A stretch of 64,000 bases of DNA from Dimorphilus gyrociliatus (GCA_904063045.1 CAJFCJ010000055.1:69256-133255), one strand, 5' to 3'. Counted from the stretch's first letter, positions 26,161 through 39,131 are shown. Notes: generated by a model not told the origin, from the sequence alone. A program made the numbers and translations.

Positions 26161-26711
26161 GATGGTTTACTATTCAAAACAGTTCAAGCAACTAATGAAA
26201 AAGTAACCAATCTTTACCTTATCTATTTCAATAATGTTCTAGTTAAGGGGTGATTTATATCATAAACTTTTAAACAGACAGAGAATGTGACAAGAAATGT
26301 AAAATCTATCTTTCACTTATAGACAACACTATGAAATAATTCATTTCTCTTTTAATAGTACTACTGTATATCTTTCAGAGAAAACTGGTAAAAATATCAC
26401 AGTACATATTTCTTTCTTTAAAAATATTAATATATTATTTTATGATTAAGCAAACAGCAAAAATTAATAAGTTTTAAATTGGATAATCCGCTTAAAATTC
26501 TGATCAAAACAAGTAAATATTACAAGTTTCCATAAGCAGTGTTTACCCTTAACGCTATACATGTATACGTATTTTTTTTCCTTTATGCCTTCTAAGGAAT
26601 TTTTAATTAATTAGTAATTTACAGTTGATTAATTAAAATTCTGTAAATCCTATATAACAGAATACTGTTTTCTATTTATATTTTAGATATATAGAGAAAG
26701 AAAAAACAAGG

Positions 26712-27716
26712 ATGAAAAACAATTCAAGTAGTGAATTTAATTATCCTGTTCCAAAATATATTAGATGTTCAATTATAACAACTTTTATATCACTTACAAT
26801 TATTTTTAACATATGTGGAATGAAGATTATGTTTTCAATGACTAAGGATATTCATAAAAATTCAAAAATTTTACTAACTAATTTATTATTAAGTGATTGT
26901 TGTGCTGGTTTTTCAACAATACCAACATCATTAATATCTTCTTGGACTGAAGATTTCAATAATATTAGTAACCTTTGTCAATTTGCTGGCATGGTCTTCG
27001 GTTCAACCGCTGCAATATCCATGTGGACAGTAGCATTTATATCAATAGATAGATTTTTTGCAATCAATTATCCAACGAAATACAAAAAATTTTTCAGTGA
27101 AAGAAAACTGAAAACAATAATTGTATTTCTATGGTTGATTTTCTATTTAGTTTTTCTTTTCCCTATTTTAATAACACCAAATTTTAGATTTTATATATTT
27201 TTAAAAGTTGAATGGTATTGTTACAATGTATTCAATTTAAAATGGACATTTTCAACAGCTTTTTTTATACCTGGTCTGTCGTCTGCTATTCTCTTTATTA
27301 CAACTTTTAAATCGGTTAGAACACTTATAAAACACTCTAAAAATATTCATCCACAAAATTCAAAAAAAACTTATGTTTATGTAAGAAAACAATCAAAAGC
27401 AATTAAAATGTTGATTGCAACTGTATGTTCATTTTATATTTTATGGTTGCCATATGTAACGGTTTATATCTTAGAAAATACTTTAAATAGACAACTTATT
27501 CAACATTTTCTAAAATTTCTCCTCTTTTGGCTTGCATTTTCAAATAGTTTCTTAAATAATCTTATCTATATTTTTATATATCCAAGTTTTAGGCAAAAAT
27601 TAGGTCAATTTGTATATTCAATATTTATCTGTGCAGTTTTTTGTAATAAGGAGCAAAACGCCCACCAACATCACGAGACCGAAATTATTCAACAATCTTC
27701 TGATTGTGCAGTTTAA
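26712..27716 (+). CDS. Intronless class A GPCR (aminergic/orphan-like), 334 aa
   Basis: Seven TM segments, NLLLSD in TM2, SIDRFFAINYP after TM3, CSFYILWLPY in TM6, FSNSFLNNLIY in TM7. Confidence 0.92.
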   Translation: MKNNSSSEFNYPVPKYIRCSIITTFISLTIIFNICGMKIMFSMTKDIHKNSKILLTNLLLSDCCAGFSTIPTSLISSWTEDFNNISNLCQFAGMVFGSTAAISMWTVAFISIDRFFAINYPTKYKKFFSERKLKTIIVFLWLIFYLVFLFPILITPNFRFYIFLKVEWYCYNVFNLKWTFSTAFFIPGLSSAILFITTFKSVRTLIKHSKNIHPQNSKKTYVYVRKQSKAIKMLIATVCSFYILWLPYVTVYILENTLNRQLIQHFLKFLLFWLAFSNSFLNNLIYIFIYPSFRQKLGQFVYSIFICAVFCNKEQNAHQHHETEIIQQSSDCAV

Positions 27717-28006
27717 ATGTTCTGACAATTTGTTCACAATTCATATTTCTATTGCTATATACAGTTTTAATAAAATCAAACAAATGACGTCAGTACTGTA
27801 CGATGATTTATTATTTTTTACTGCCTTTGCAGTAGTTTGTCAAAGAACTTTACTGTTTGAAATCAATATTACTTTGGGTGATTATCGAAAATTGTATAAA
27901 AAATTTTTACTTTTTCTTATTACTTTATTGCTTATGAAATTTTTGAACAGTAAAAGCAGATTAGACTGAATAGCAGCTACGCAGCTAATGGATAATATTT
28001 AAGAAT

Positions 28007-29910
28007 TTAAGAAATACATTTTGCACGTGCAATCATTTCAAAAGAACTTCCTCCCATATCGGTACCTTCAAAATAATTGATGTTTAAATCTCCAGTTTCG
28101 TTAATGTAATAAGTTGTTCCCAGTTTGGGAGGCTTTAAGTACTGCCCTTCAAAGATGCTAATTCGATTCGTTTCCGAGCTAGCGTAAATAGAAAGTAGAA
28201 AAAAAATCATTTAATATATTATGACCTTGACCTTGCAATGAAGGTGTATACTGACCCCACTTTATTTGCCTTTCCAGAATACTTAATATAACGAAAATTT
28301 TGAGAAAATGTCAAAACATGGTAACTCATTCCAGTATTTCTCTGTAGATTGAATGAGAGAAATTCAAATTCCACCTCCTAAAATGATAAACAAATGATAG
28401 ATTTGAATGTTTTGAATACAGAAATATAAACAAAATACTATATTCTTTTGGTGTACAAATTGAGTAATTGAACACCATATTTTTAGTTTTACTGATTGGA
28501 GATATGATTCTTAAATCTCCCATATCACAATGAATATTAATATCATGATTATCCCAGTTGCATAGAACTTGTCTCACTGGTAGAGTTTTTGGTAGACAAG
28601 AGAGTGTAGTTGTCAAATGAAATCCGGTCTTTTGTGTATATCTATCACTTTTGAAAATTAATTTAAACGAATTTTTCATACTAATAAAATATGTTTTATT
28701 TATATCCACTTCATGAGAATAGGGTTTCATTCTTAGGGAAATATTCCCTTTATTGCCCACAACTACAAAAACAAAAGAGAAGAATGTGAAATACAATTTG
28801 TAAATTAATTGGAAATTTTACTTGGATCTTCGCAGAATTTAAAAGACTGTCCACGATCATCGATAATCTCAACATAATCGAATTTGCAAGCATAATGTCT
28901 TTCAATATCAAAATATTTAAATTTGAAATAAATTGTCTGGCAAATGCAATGTTATTGTTATTTATTGAAAAATGATTATTTTTACCCCTTTCCTCCCTTG
29001 TGGAGGTATTAAATGAATAAGACAATCTGAATTGGGTAAATATGGATTGCTGGAAATGATATTATAACTTTTTCCATTACAATCCAATTCAACTTTTTGA
29101 GTTGTTCTATTGTCACAAGAAACTGGTTTATTATTTACAAATAGTGTTGCTGTTTTTGGTGATGTTTCTCTTGTTTTTAGTGTTTTTGTTGTTAATTGGG
29201 GTATTGGAGTAGATAAATCTATTTCCACAGCAACACTACCAACACCACTTGCTGTTTTTCTATCAGAGTAGTTGGCAGTTAAAAATTACGAAATTAATGT
29301 TTGGCACGAAAATATGAGATATTTTTAACTTTTAATTAGGCCTTTTCCGCATAAAGTCACTTTTTCTGTGTCATCCGAAATTGTTAGATAGTCGTAATGG
29401 CAATTTTTTGAAAATTCAAGATGGAATTCATCAAATTTTAACTCTATGTACTATAAATAGAAATTAAATAAGGATAATTGGAAAATTATAAACTATTATC
29501 ATATAAGTGGATTTTGATCCCATTTAATCCCAGTTAACTTAATTTTGAATAATAAAAGCGCTCATTTTCCACAATTAACATAATACAAACCCCGTTAAAC
29601 TCTTCTTCCACAGTCATAATTATTATACAATTTTGATTATTTGGATAATTTTTTGGATAATCCTTCGAAGAGATTAAATAATCCGCTGTGTAGTTACTGT
29701 TCAATGTTTGATTTAAAATAATCTGTCCATCGCATTCAATCTGTTCTAAAGTCTGGTTTGAAAATTTCTGATTGTTGTCAATACATCCATCACTATCCAC
29801 ACGATATTTATATAAAAGAACCTATTTGATATTTGAAAAATGAATGAAAAGAAACACCAAATATCTTTTACCAAGATGAACAGAATGCCTCCTTGAACAC
29901 TTTTCAACAT
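28007..29910 (-). CDS. Secreted multi-CUB-domain protein (multi-exon)
   Basis: Spliced leader MLKSVQGGILFIL|VLLYKYRVDS; ISSKDYPKNYPNNQNC; ISSNPYLPNSDC..|TIYFKFKYFDIERHYACKFDYVEII; FKSDRYTQKTGF. The 3' exon structure is approximate. Confidence 0.75.
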
Positions 29911-31079
29911 GTTTGCTTTTTTATTCTCCTCTTCCGACTATCTATAGAAATTGAATTAGAAAAACACTCTAGCGTTAGTATTCAATCAATCAAATAAATT
30001 CAGCAATTGTGGTGGTGTTGATGACCTCTTCTTATATATTATTTTTTTTGCTGAAATTGTCAATTTTTTAAATATGAATTTCTGAAGAATTGTTTACAAT
30101 ATCAATAATTATAATGCTAAATGTCTTTATTTTATCTCATAGGCAAAAATAGACAGACACCTACGCTAAAATACCAATTTTGATACAATAAACCAGGATT
30201 AAGGCTCATTTATAACTGTTCGTAATTATATCAGTTTTCTAATTTACAGAGTAAATAGGCCTAAAATCGCTAGATGTTTGCTTCTTGAGAATAAAACTTT
30301 TAGCCCTGTTGAAAAATTTATGAAAGATGAGTCTGATTAATAATTCTGTCAACATTTATTGTATATAGGCCTAGTCTATTATGAAAAATAAACTTTTTAT
30401 ATCAAAGTATACAATAAATGATCCCATTGTCACATAAGTATTTGTTACCAAGTATTTCTATACATTATGTAGTGGCTACAATTCGTTTTACAAGTGCCGA
30501 TATCATTCACTTGTTGACTATTACGAAACTCTCCTACTGCTAAAAGATTCCAAAAAGAGCTGAATTCAATGTTCTGTCGTATTGGCAGACTTTTACAAAA
30601 TAATAACCGTTTTAAAGAGGCTACAAAAGAATGTTGACGCCATTACAAATCCAATCCTTATCTGAAAAGACTCAGCAAATTGAAATACTACAGTTTCAAC
30701 GAGAAAATGATAATATAATGCAATCTTTATCTATAGGAATTGTTCCGAGGTTGGGACAGTTTTTCCTACCTCTTGGATGTCTTTTCCCGTATTCTTCCTC
30801 CCTCTCTGGAGAAGTGTATTATTAATCTCTTTACTTCTGTATTATTTTGATTAATTTTTACTTTCTAGAATTAACATTCAAACCTGGCAAAAAATAACAT
30901 AGCGTCATTTGAATTGTCTGCCCCAAGATAACAAATATACTTCTACTTGTCCATATTTCTTTCTAACAATAGTTTTGGTTCAAATTCAGGTATAGGCCTA
31001 AGAAAAATATTCTTTAATGTTAAATTAGCTCTATTATTAATTAAGATAAAGTTGTGAAATCTATCACTGGGACTAATAC

Positions 31080-31520
31080 TTTTTCTGCCAGCTACTAAAT
31101 CATTTTTCAGAATTCAAAACAAAAGGGATGGAGTAAAATTTTTAATGTATTGTTTGTCCAATAGGAGACAAACACTCATCCCAAAGTCATTCATGTTCAA
31201 ATCATTTTCGTTTATTCAAAATATTTATTCAAACTTATTTCTTGGAATATTTGAATTGATTAGAATTAGGAAAAATAAAGTAAATTTTCCAATTATGCAC
31301 TCTGGTTTTCATCTAAATTACAATTACTAAATTCAAAAGAATTTAATGTGTTTGATGAACATTGAAGTCCTTCACAAATCGCAAGAAAGCCATTTTTCAT
31401 TTTTTCTATAAAATCTAAGACAATTCAATGTCGCTTTCTGTATAGAAAATAGAGTAATAATTGACCTTTGATGTCCTTTTGCTGACAATCAGTTTATTAA
31501 TTACAAAGCACAGCTGCAAA
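31080..31520 (-). pseudogene. Relic of an RI-type LRR gene related to the NLR at 8-12 kb
   Basis: 31400-31293 encodes MKNGFLAICEGLQCSSNTLNSFEFSNCNLDENQSA*, similar to the NLR repeat MKNGFQFICRGLETFSTTLRQIHVKFCDLND; stops on both sides. Confidence 0.6.
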
Positions 31521-33049
31521 ACATTATTAAAGATTATAAAATGTTAATATATACAACTCTGTGGTTTTAAATATGATTTAGAGTGTCACTTTACAATTTG
31601 TGTATTGTTTTTTTTTGTAAGCATTAGGTTTGACTGTTAAATCCAATCATCACTTTACAATTGGCACATTGTCTAATTCATATCTATCTTTAGTAACACA
31701 ATGTTATAAGATTTAACAATTAGGTGCGCTAATTGAATTATAACTGGGCAATACTTTAGGAAGGCCAATTAGATTCTCCATAAACTGAACTGTAAAACTT
31801 GACTCTGCATTCACTCAATTGGAAGGAATATTAGAACTATATCTATGCTGTTTGTTTGGAGCGTCAACAATATTTCTAATCAGTTGATTTCCGTTATCAT
31901 ATTCAAATTCTGACATTTTGCCATCAAATATTGCAAATGCTGTCGTTTTAAGAGTAACATTTCAGGCCATATTAGGCCTGAGAACTAATCGTTAGGAATC
32001 TCAACATTGGTTAGGCCTAAACTCTAAACAGTCAAACAGCTACAAGTGATTAAACATTAGTTGGAAAGTATTACTTTTCCATTTCATAATAAAGATATCT
32101 ATTAATTCTTGATGTTCACTTCAGTTCAGTAATTTTTATCACACGAACAAGAGATTCAACAGAGGAAACAATGCAGAAGGAGATTGTTTACTTTCTCTTG
32201 TCTATTACAATCCTGTAAATTTGGCGTATAAACAATTTACAAACATGTCTGGTTCGTGGCCAACTAGCAACACTCACTTGATCGTAAATGGAGAATTTAA
32301 TCCCAAATACCTGTCTCATGAAAGATGATAGTGTTCCTACACCACAAACACCTGAAGAATGTGACTATCACGATGGACACTTACCTCTTTATACAATTTT
32401 AGAACTGAATAATATCAAATACAATATCATAGTTGATAGTGAAATAGCTCAAACATGTATTGAAATCAAAATAAACATAACGATTATTCAAAGTAAAATA
32501 TAAACAAGAGAATTATTGAAGTATTGTTGAAATTCGTGTTCTATTCATAATCCAATAAACAAATTTAGAAAAAACGATTGAGTAGATACTCAACCAAAAG
32601 TAATAATACATAAAGTAAATATTCATTGCAAAAAAAGAGAAAATTTTTAATTTATTATTAGGAATCGTGTCAAAAAGTTGCAAAATATTAATTAGAAAAA
32701 GACTGTAGAATTTATTAGTAAGGCAAAAACAGTTGAATAAAAATCTAATGTATATTAGTCTAGAATATCTGATTATGTAAATATTTGTAATAGTTAAAAT
32801 AAACAGTAAACATATTGGTATGTAACCTAATTTGGTTACTCTATTACCAACATCTTCAGCCTTTAATATATTTGTAAATATTAAATTATACAGAAATACA
32901 GTTATCAGAAAATCAAGAAATGTTAAATATGTCCAATTTGAATATTCAATTTTATGGACTATATTCTTTTCAATTGGTAAATAATTTTTTACAATCACAT
33001 TTTTAGCATCCAAAATTGAAAATTTGGTTTCTGATTTAAAGCCACCTAC

Positions 33050-33280
33050 CTCCATTATTAGTCCATTTGTAGGATTATCTATCTGCGATAATGATTGCTC
33101 ATTTCAAGGAGAGTGTACAGCACCTGGTGTGTGTAAATGTAATACTGGATTCTCTGGAGACAATTGCACATAGGTAACGACTTGTCCTCTGCTCAATAAT
33201 CTGGAAATGGAATATGCACTGACCAGGATACTTGTATATGTGATTTAGGATTCAATGGAGATAATTGTTATCCCTATCCT
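33050..33280 (+). pseudogene. Decayed EGF/tenascin-like repeats
   Basis: CDNDCSFQGECTAPGVCKCNTGFSGDNCT* followed by frameshifted GICTDQDTCICDLGFNGDNC. Confidence 0.55.
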
Positions 33281-33662
33281 TATCATCTTTCATACACCTT
33301 GCGAACAATCAAATAATAAATCAACTGCTATTGGTAAAATTTCAATAAATACAAATGGAAATCGTCTGGTATTCGATAGCCAATCAGAGTCAAACGATAA
33401 AAGTTGACATAGTTTATATTATTAGTATATACTTCGAAATCATCAGTACAACATTATTAAATTTCAACTGCTGAAACAAAGTATAATTAATGAGCTGTGT
33501 CAGCAATTTGGATTTGATTTCCTTCATTCAGATTTTTTGAGTTTCCCAAACCAGTAAACCATTTTTATATGAAAATCTAAGTATAGAATTTACAACAATA
33601 CAAAAATTGAAAGCTCATCCTCATTTTCGATTGTCTAATTTAGTCAAACACTCACCACTATA

Positions 33663-35356
33663 AAGTGGACGACAGGTATGTTGGAACACCTCAAATTTTT
33701 ATAGGTCAAATATTAAAAATCTTTTTTGTGATGAAAAAAGATTATTTGTTTTATTTTTTTAGTGTTTAATAATAGGTTAAACTTGTAATTTTATATAAAT
33801 TTCTTTAAAACAGCAGTTAGGTACATTTTTACATATTTTTTTTTTATAGAAATTACCATAGTTTTCTGATTTTTTTTCTTATTTGGACAAGTTTATTGGA
33901 ACAATGTTCAATAGTTAAATTTTTGGTCTACTTTTTGTATGTGCCCACCCTCTCTTTCTATAAATTTTGCTTATTCTATGGCCCATTCCCCCATATAAGC
34001 CTGGCAACAAGAGTGGATTTCTGTTGATAACCTTGTAGGAGCATTTCTTAATCTTTTCCCACAGTTCATCCTCTGTCTCAAACTGTGGACTATCATAGAC
34101 CATTGTCTTGGTCAGATGCCACATGTTCTCTATTGGACTCAGATCAGGGCTCCTTGCTGGCCAATCTATTGGTTTGATGTCATTGCTTTTAAAGGCCTTT
34201 TTCATTTTTCTTACAGTGTGACAGCCAGCATTGTCTTGCTGGAAGATGTACTCCCTGCCCATTTTTGCCTCAATTTCTTCTATGACAGGCAGAACATCTT
34301 CCACAATGAAGGAGCTATAGTTTTCAGCATTCAGCTTGCTCCTTATCATCCAGACTTCAAANNNNNNNNNNNNNNNNNNNNNNNNNNNNNNNNNNNNNNN
34401 NNNNNNNNNNNNNNNNNNNNNNNNNNNNNNNNNNNNNNNNNNNNNNNNNNNNNNNNNNNNNNNNNNNNNNNNNNNNNNNNNNNNNNNNNNNNNNNNNNNN
34501 NNNNNNNNNNNNNNNNNNNNNNNNNNNNNNNNNNNNNNNNNNNNNNNNNNNNNNNNNNNNNNNNNNNNNNNNNNNNNNNNNNNNNNNNNNNNNNNNNNNN
34601 NNNNNNNNNNNNNNNNNNNNNNNNNNNNNNNNNNNNNNNNNNNNNNNNNNNNNNNNNNNNNNNNNNNNNNNNNNNNNNNNNNNNNNNNNNNNNNNNNNNN
34701 NNNNNNNNNNNNNNNTTTAATATCTTTGCTGCTGTCACTCTTTGCTTGTTATCTTTCAGTTTCTTTACAATTTTTTTCATCCTCACTATCTCTCTGTCAG
34801 AAAGCTTCTTCAGACCTCCCCTATTGTCTTGTTCTGGCTTCTTATACTTTAATATGTTGCTAATTGATGATGGTGCCATTCCTAAAACTCTTGCTGTTGC
34901 CCTTAATTTGCCTATTTCACTATATTTCTTGATTACCAAATCCCTTATATCTTGACTCCAAACCAAAATTAAAAAAAATACAATATAAATTATGTACAGT
35001 AATTTTTAATATTCAATAACTAATTAACTTAACTTAAAACAGGAAAAAAGTTGAAAAATTTTTTGTTTGAGATGTCTATTTGAATGTCAAACCCAATGTC
35101 AACTCAATGTTCCAATAAACATGTCGCATGGCCAAATAAAGAAAAAACTTATGAAAATTATTAAAAATTTTTGCTAATAATGTTCACAAAATATTATCAT
35201 TTTCTTAAATTTTTTTCAATATTATGTCAATTTAACTCTTTTTCTATATAAATTTAGACAAAAAATACTAATTTGCAGAGGACAAACAATTTTAACTGTT
35301 AATTAAAAATTGGCCTATCAAAATTTACGATGTCCATATATACATGTCGCCCACTT
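33663..35356 (-). mobile_element. Full-length Tc1 (DD34E) transposon spanning a gap, with imperfect TIRs and TA flanks
   Basis: HTH N-terminus (34966-34716) and catalytic QQDNAGCH..WPARSPDLSPIENMW with 34 residues between D and E. TIRs TA|AAGTGG(A/G)CGACA at 33661 and 35358. Probable frameshift near 33960 before the C-terminal motif. Confidence 0.9.
34362..34715. other. Assembly gap (354 N)
   Basis: N run inside the Tc1 element. Confidence 1.
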
Positions 35357-35564
35357 TATGATTAGAATTAAGCAGAATTTTCTTAGTGTTAGTGGCTCCA
35401 TCTATGTTGTCTTTAATTGGAACGTTACAAATCAAACAATTCAAAAACTAAGATATTAACATGCCTTAAATCTTTAAATTAATGTCTAACATTTATTCAA
35501 ACTGTAATATTTGGTTTTGGGTAAGATATGCTTGTCAGTGTATGATCAAATGCAAGAGCCGCGA

Positions 35565-35578
35565 GCGCCATCTTGTGA
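35565..35578 (-). promoter_or_regulatory. CTCF-like motif TCACAAGATGGCGC
   Basis: CTCF core variant about 330 bp upstream of the UGT start. Confidence 0.45.
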
Positions 35579-35904
35579 CGAAGTAGACTGATAACCTCAC
35601 AACCTCTTTGTCCTATTAAATTAACTAGATTTATTTATTGTTTTAGATTCATATTTGACCAGTACACCAACAAATCCATATCTTAAATAAACACAATTTT
35701 TAAAATAGAAATGAAAAGCTCTAATTCTATTAAAAGAATAGAATTTACAACTATTGCGCAAGCTAAATGAAATTCAACTGTTATCAATTGTTAAAGGGTT
35801 CAACAGAATACTTTTGTCCTATTTAGATTAAACTTTATCCAATAGTATATAAATGTTGTCTGCTATTGATAGTACTCATTGAGTAAAACAGATTTTTAAT
35901 TAAA

Positions 35905-37522
35905 ATGATTATTGGGTTATTTTTTCTAAGCCAATTGGTAATTTTGGCATCAAGTTCAAATGTGTTGCTGTTAACACCGCCAATGACAAAATATTCAACA
36001 AAGAGTCATGCAGATATTCTTATTGCTCTTGGAAAAGGATTGATTGAATCTGGCCATAGAGTTAGTATTTTAAGTCAAGGAACCAATCGAATAGACAAAC
36101 CTGGTAATATATCACTTTTCGACATACATTCACCAGTTTCTAATGAACAAGTGGAAATGGTTGGAGAGGCAATAAGAAACAGCTCAATTGAAATGTTATA
36201 TCAAAATGTATCTTATATAACAATGGATAAGCAATTTAAAGCTATTTGGTCTAGTTTTATCGATGATTGTCGAGTAATGCTATCAGATCCATCAGTTGAG
36301 AAACGACTCAAAGAATTTGATTTAATCATTGTTGATCATTTTTTCTTTTGTGGGTTTCTATTGGTTGAAAAATATAAAAAACCATTTGTTATGTTTGAAT
36401 GTTCATCATATTTAACATATATAGAAGCTGCTGTACCTGGACAAATGTCTTGGGTTCCCGCATTTATGAGCTCTTTAAATGATAAAATGACAATAATGGA
36501 TAGATTGAGAAATATCATTTCTAATATCTATGTAAGATTTTTCTTAGGAGCGTTTGACAGGAATTTTGAGAAATTGAAGGCTGAATTGAATATTTCACCT
36601 GGTAAAAGCATATCTCAAATTCGACAAGAAGCTCAACTTTTCCTTATGAATTCTGACCATATCTTTGAATTTCCTCGTCCTTTAACGCCAAATGTAATAC
36701 ATGTTGGTGGTATTTTAGCATCTCAGCCAATAGATACTACAACTATTCATCCGAAATTCCATGAAATTACCACCAAAAGGTAAAAAAAACTATTCTTAGT
36801 GCTTACCTTCTTAATTTAACAATAACTGTATGATTCACAGATTTGGTATTATTGCATTTGGCAGCGCTTTGAACTTTTGCCATCGTCCTAACCTGTTAGA
36901 AGATATTCGTAAAACTCTTGTAGAATTTAAAGATATTCAATGGATTTGGTCGTTAAAGTGTCAACTGAATAATGAAAATTCGAATATTCATATTTTCGAA
37001 TGGATTCCTCAAGCATACCTTCTTTCTAGAGAGAATTGTGTTCTATTCATATCACACGGTGGTTTAAATTCCATTTATGAAGCAATGTATCACGGAACAC
37101 CAGTTTTAGTTATCCCACTTCCTTCAGATGCAATGGATAATTCAGTTCGTTTGAAAAGACACGGAATGCTGGAAATTTTGCCATTCAGTAAAAAAGGTGT
37201 ATCTTCCTTTTATGATTACATTCTTAAGATGGTAAGAGGAACATCTTATCTGGAATCGGCAAAGAGAGTCTCCTCTCTCCTTAACTCTCAAAAGCCAAAA
37301 CCTTTAGAAAAAGCTGTATATTGGATTGAGTATATTTTAAAGTTTGGTGGTAGCCATCTAAGACACTCTGCAATGGATATGCCAATCTATAAACTCTATA
37401 ATTTAGATTTGCTAACAATTGCACTAATCCTGTGTTTCTTAACTATTTGGGTAATGAAAAAAATATTCATTTTCTTTTTAAGAAAATGTTTCAACTTTTT
37501 CAAAAAGTCAAAAAAAGATTGA
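35905..37522 (+). CDS. UDP-glucuronosyl/glycosyltransferase (UGT family); exons 35905-36779 and 36841-37522
   Basis: Signal peptide, 61-bp phase-2 GT-AG intron, UDPGT signature WIPQAYLL..FISHGGLNSIYEAMYHGTPVLVIP, C-terminal TM and KKSKKD ER-retrieval tail. Confidence 0.95.
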
Positions 37523-37713
37523 CACAAGTTTTGTGGTTTTTTTTTGATTATTTTTCTTTTTTAAAAGAAAAATGACAAATTTATTGAAATTTTAAAATTT
37601 TATCTCAAAAAATATTGACATTCTGCATTAAATATTGAAATATTTAATAAATAGAATGAAAACTGTTCAAAACACTTGAATTAGCAAAATTCTTATAAAA
37701 ATTTGAAAGAGAT

Positions 37714-38619
37714 CTAATTTAGAACTGTTAAATTTTTACAGCACATTCTCAATTCGAAAATGCTTTTTAATTGGTCCACACCAAGCATAGTATTTCTAAC
37801 ATCAAAAATTTGTAGAGTATTGACCAGGGATGCATGTGAAGAAATTCCTTGACATATTATTTGAAATCCTGTTTCCATTTCATGATTAAAAGATAAATTT
37901 AATGATTCAAGTACAGTGCAATGAGTTAAGATTTCCTGAAACGCTTTGCAGTCATAACTCCTAAAGTGTGACTTTGATAAATTAATACTTTTTATAGTTT
38001 TACAATTCTTCTTCAAAATAGGAAAAACACAAAAAGGAAGCACTTGACTAATATTTTTTCTAATTCCATCCTTTCTTAATACCTTATTCCTTCTCTTTCT
38101 TCTTCCATTTGAGACAGTAAATTGTTCAAGTTGATTACAGCTGGTCAATATTTGATTTATCTTACAAGAATCAGACGAGAAACAGCAAATAAATTGAATC
38201 TCTTTTAAATTAGAGAGTTGTTGATAATTTTCTTGGATCATATCTTCATCAAATTCAAAATTACAATGAAAAAAGGATAATTTTTTAACTGAAGATGGCA
38301 AAATAAACATTTCTCTTAAATTAAAACAAGTAAAAGTAATAGAATTTAGAGTATGATCCTGTAAAATATTAAAATTAACATCTTTTTGAAAACGTCTCCT
38401 ATCCAAATTAACATCTGTCAAATGAGTTGTCTCAGTGGAGAAAAATTTCAATTCATTGTTTCCCACACAGTTTAAATTTTCTGTGCAAGATTTTCTAAAA
38501 ATCATATTTGAAATATGGTACGGTAAATAACAAGAACTATTCTTGCATAATATAGTAAGATAAGGAAGATTATCCGCCACTTTTTCTAATGAATTATCCA
38601 CAAGAGATCTTATTCCCAT
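37714..38619 (-). CDS. Intronless LRR protein (ZER1/ZYG11-like N-terminus plus RI-type LRRs), 301 aa
   Basis: Start MGIRSLVDNSLEKVADNL; LRRs IKSINLSKSHF and LESLNLSFNHEMETGFQIICQGI, similar to the NLR repeats. Confidence 0.7.
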   Translation of the reverse strand: MGIRSLVDNSLEKVADNLPYLTILCKNSSCYLPYHISNMIFRKSCTENLNCVGNNELKFFSTETTHLTDVNLDRRRFQKDVNFNILQDHTLNSITFTCFNLREMFILPSSVKKLSFFHCNFEFDEDMIQENYQQLSNLKEIQFICCFSSDSCKINQILTSCNQLEQFTVSNGRRKRRNKVLRKDGIRKNISQVLPFCVFPILKKNCKTIKSINLSKSHFRSYDCKAFQEILTHCTVLESLNLSFNHEMETGFQIICQGISSHASLVNTLQIFDVRNTMLGVDQLKSIFELRMCCKNLTVLN

Positions 38620-39131
38620 TCTCTTCGTTAATGATTATATTAATATGTAAAATAGCCAATTTTTCTTAGAATTTTTTCTCAAGTTCATTGGTTATGCCAT
38701 GTTTTATACGAAAGGAATTTAGTTCAGATTTTCGTGCAATGTCCATACTTATTGGAAGATTAGAAGTGACTCATTTCAATACTGACTAACATTTATTACA
38801 GCTGATTAGGCAAAAAAATTTTCCAGTGTTCACTTGCCTCAAATTTCTTGGACAAATGTCTAATTCTAAATATAGAAAAAAAACTGTTTATAATCTAAAA
38901 CATTTTTTATTTTCACCAATTGAATTATCTTATTTTGTCATATTTTGATAACATTTTTCAAAAACAAAAGAAAATATATGAAAGCATATTTCAATATTCA
39001 GTAATTTGAAAGGTTACACTAAGGGAATTTTGAATAAAACAATTGTTTGGTAAGAGCAGTGAAAGAACAAGGTTTGGGGGAAGGCAGAAATTGAAAATGG
39101 TATTATGAAGTAAAAACAAACACAGTGTAGT

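Noticed and set aside
32513-33055. 180-aa hydrophobic minus-strand ORF
   Set aside because: Composition (F/I/L/N/Y) is explained by extreme AT content; there is no family motif, and it abuts plus-strand EGF relics.
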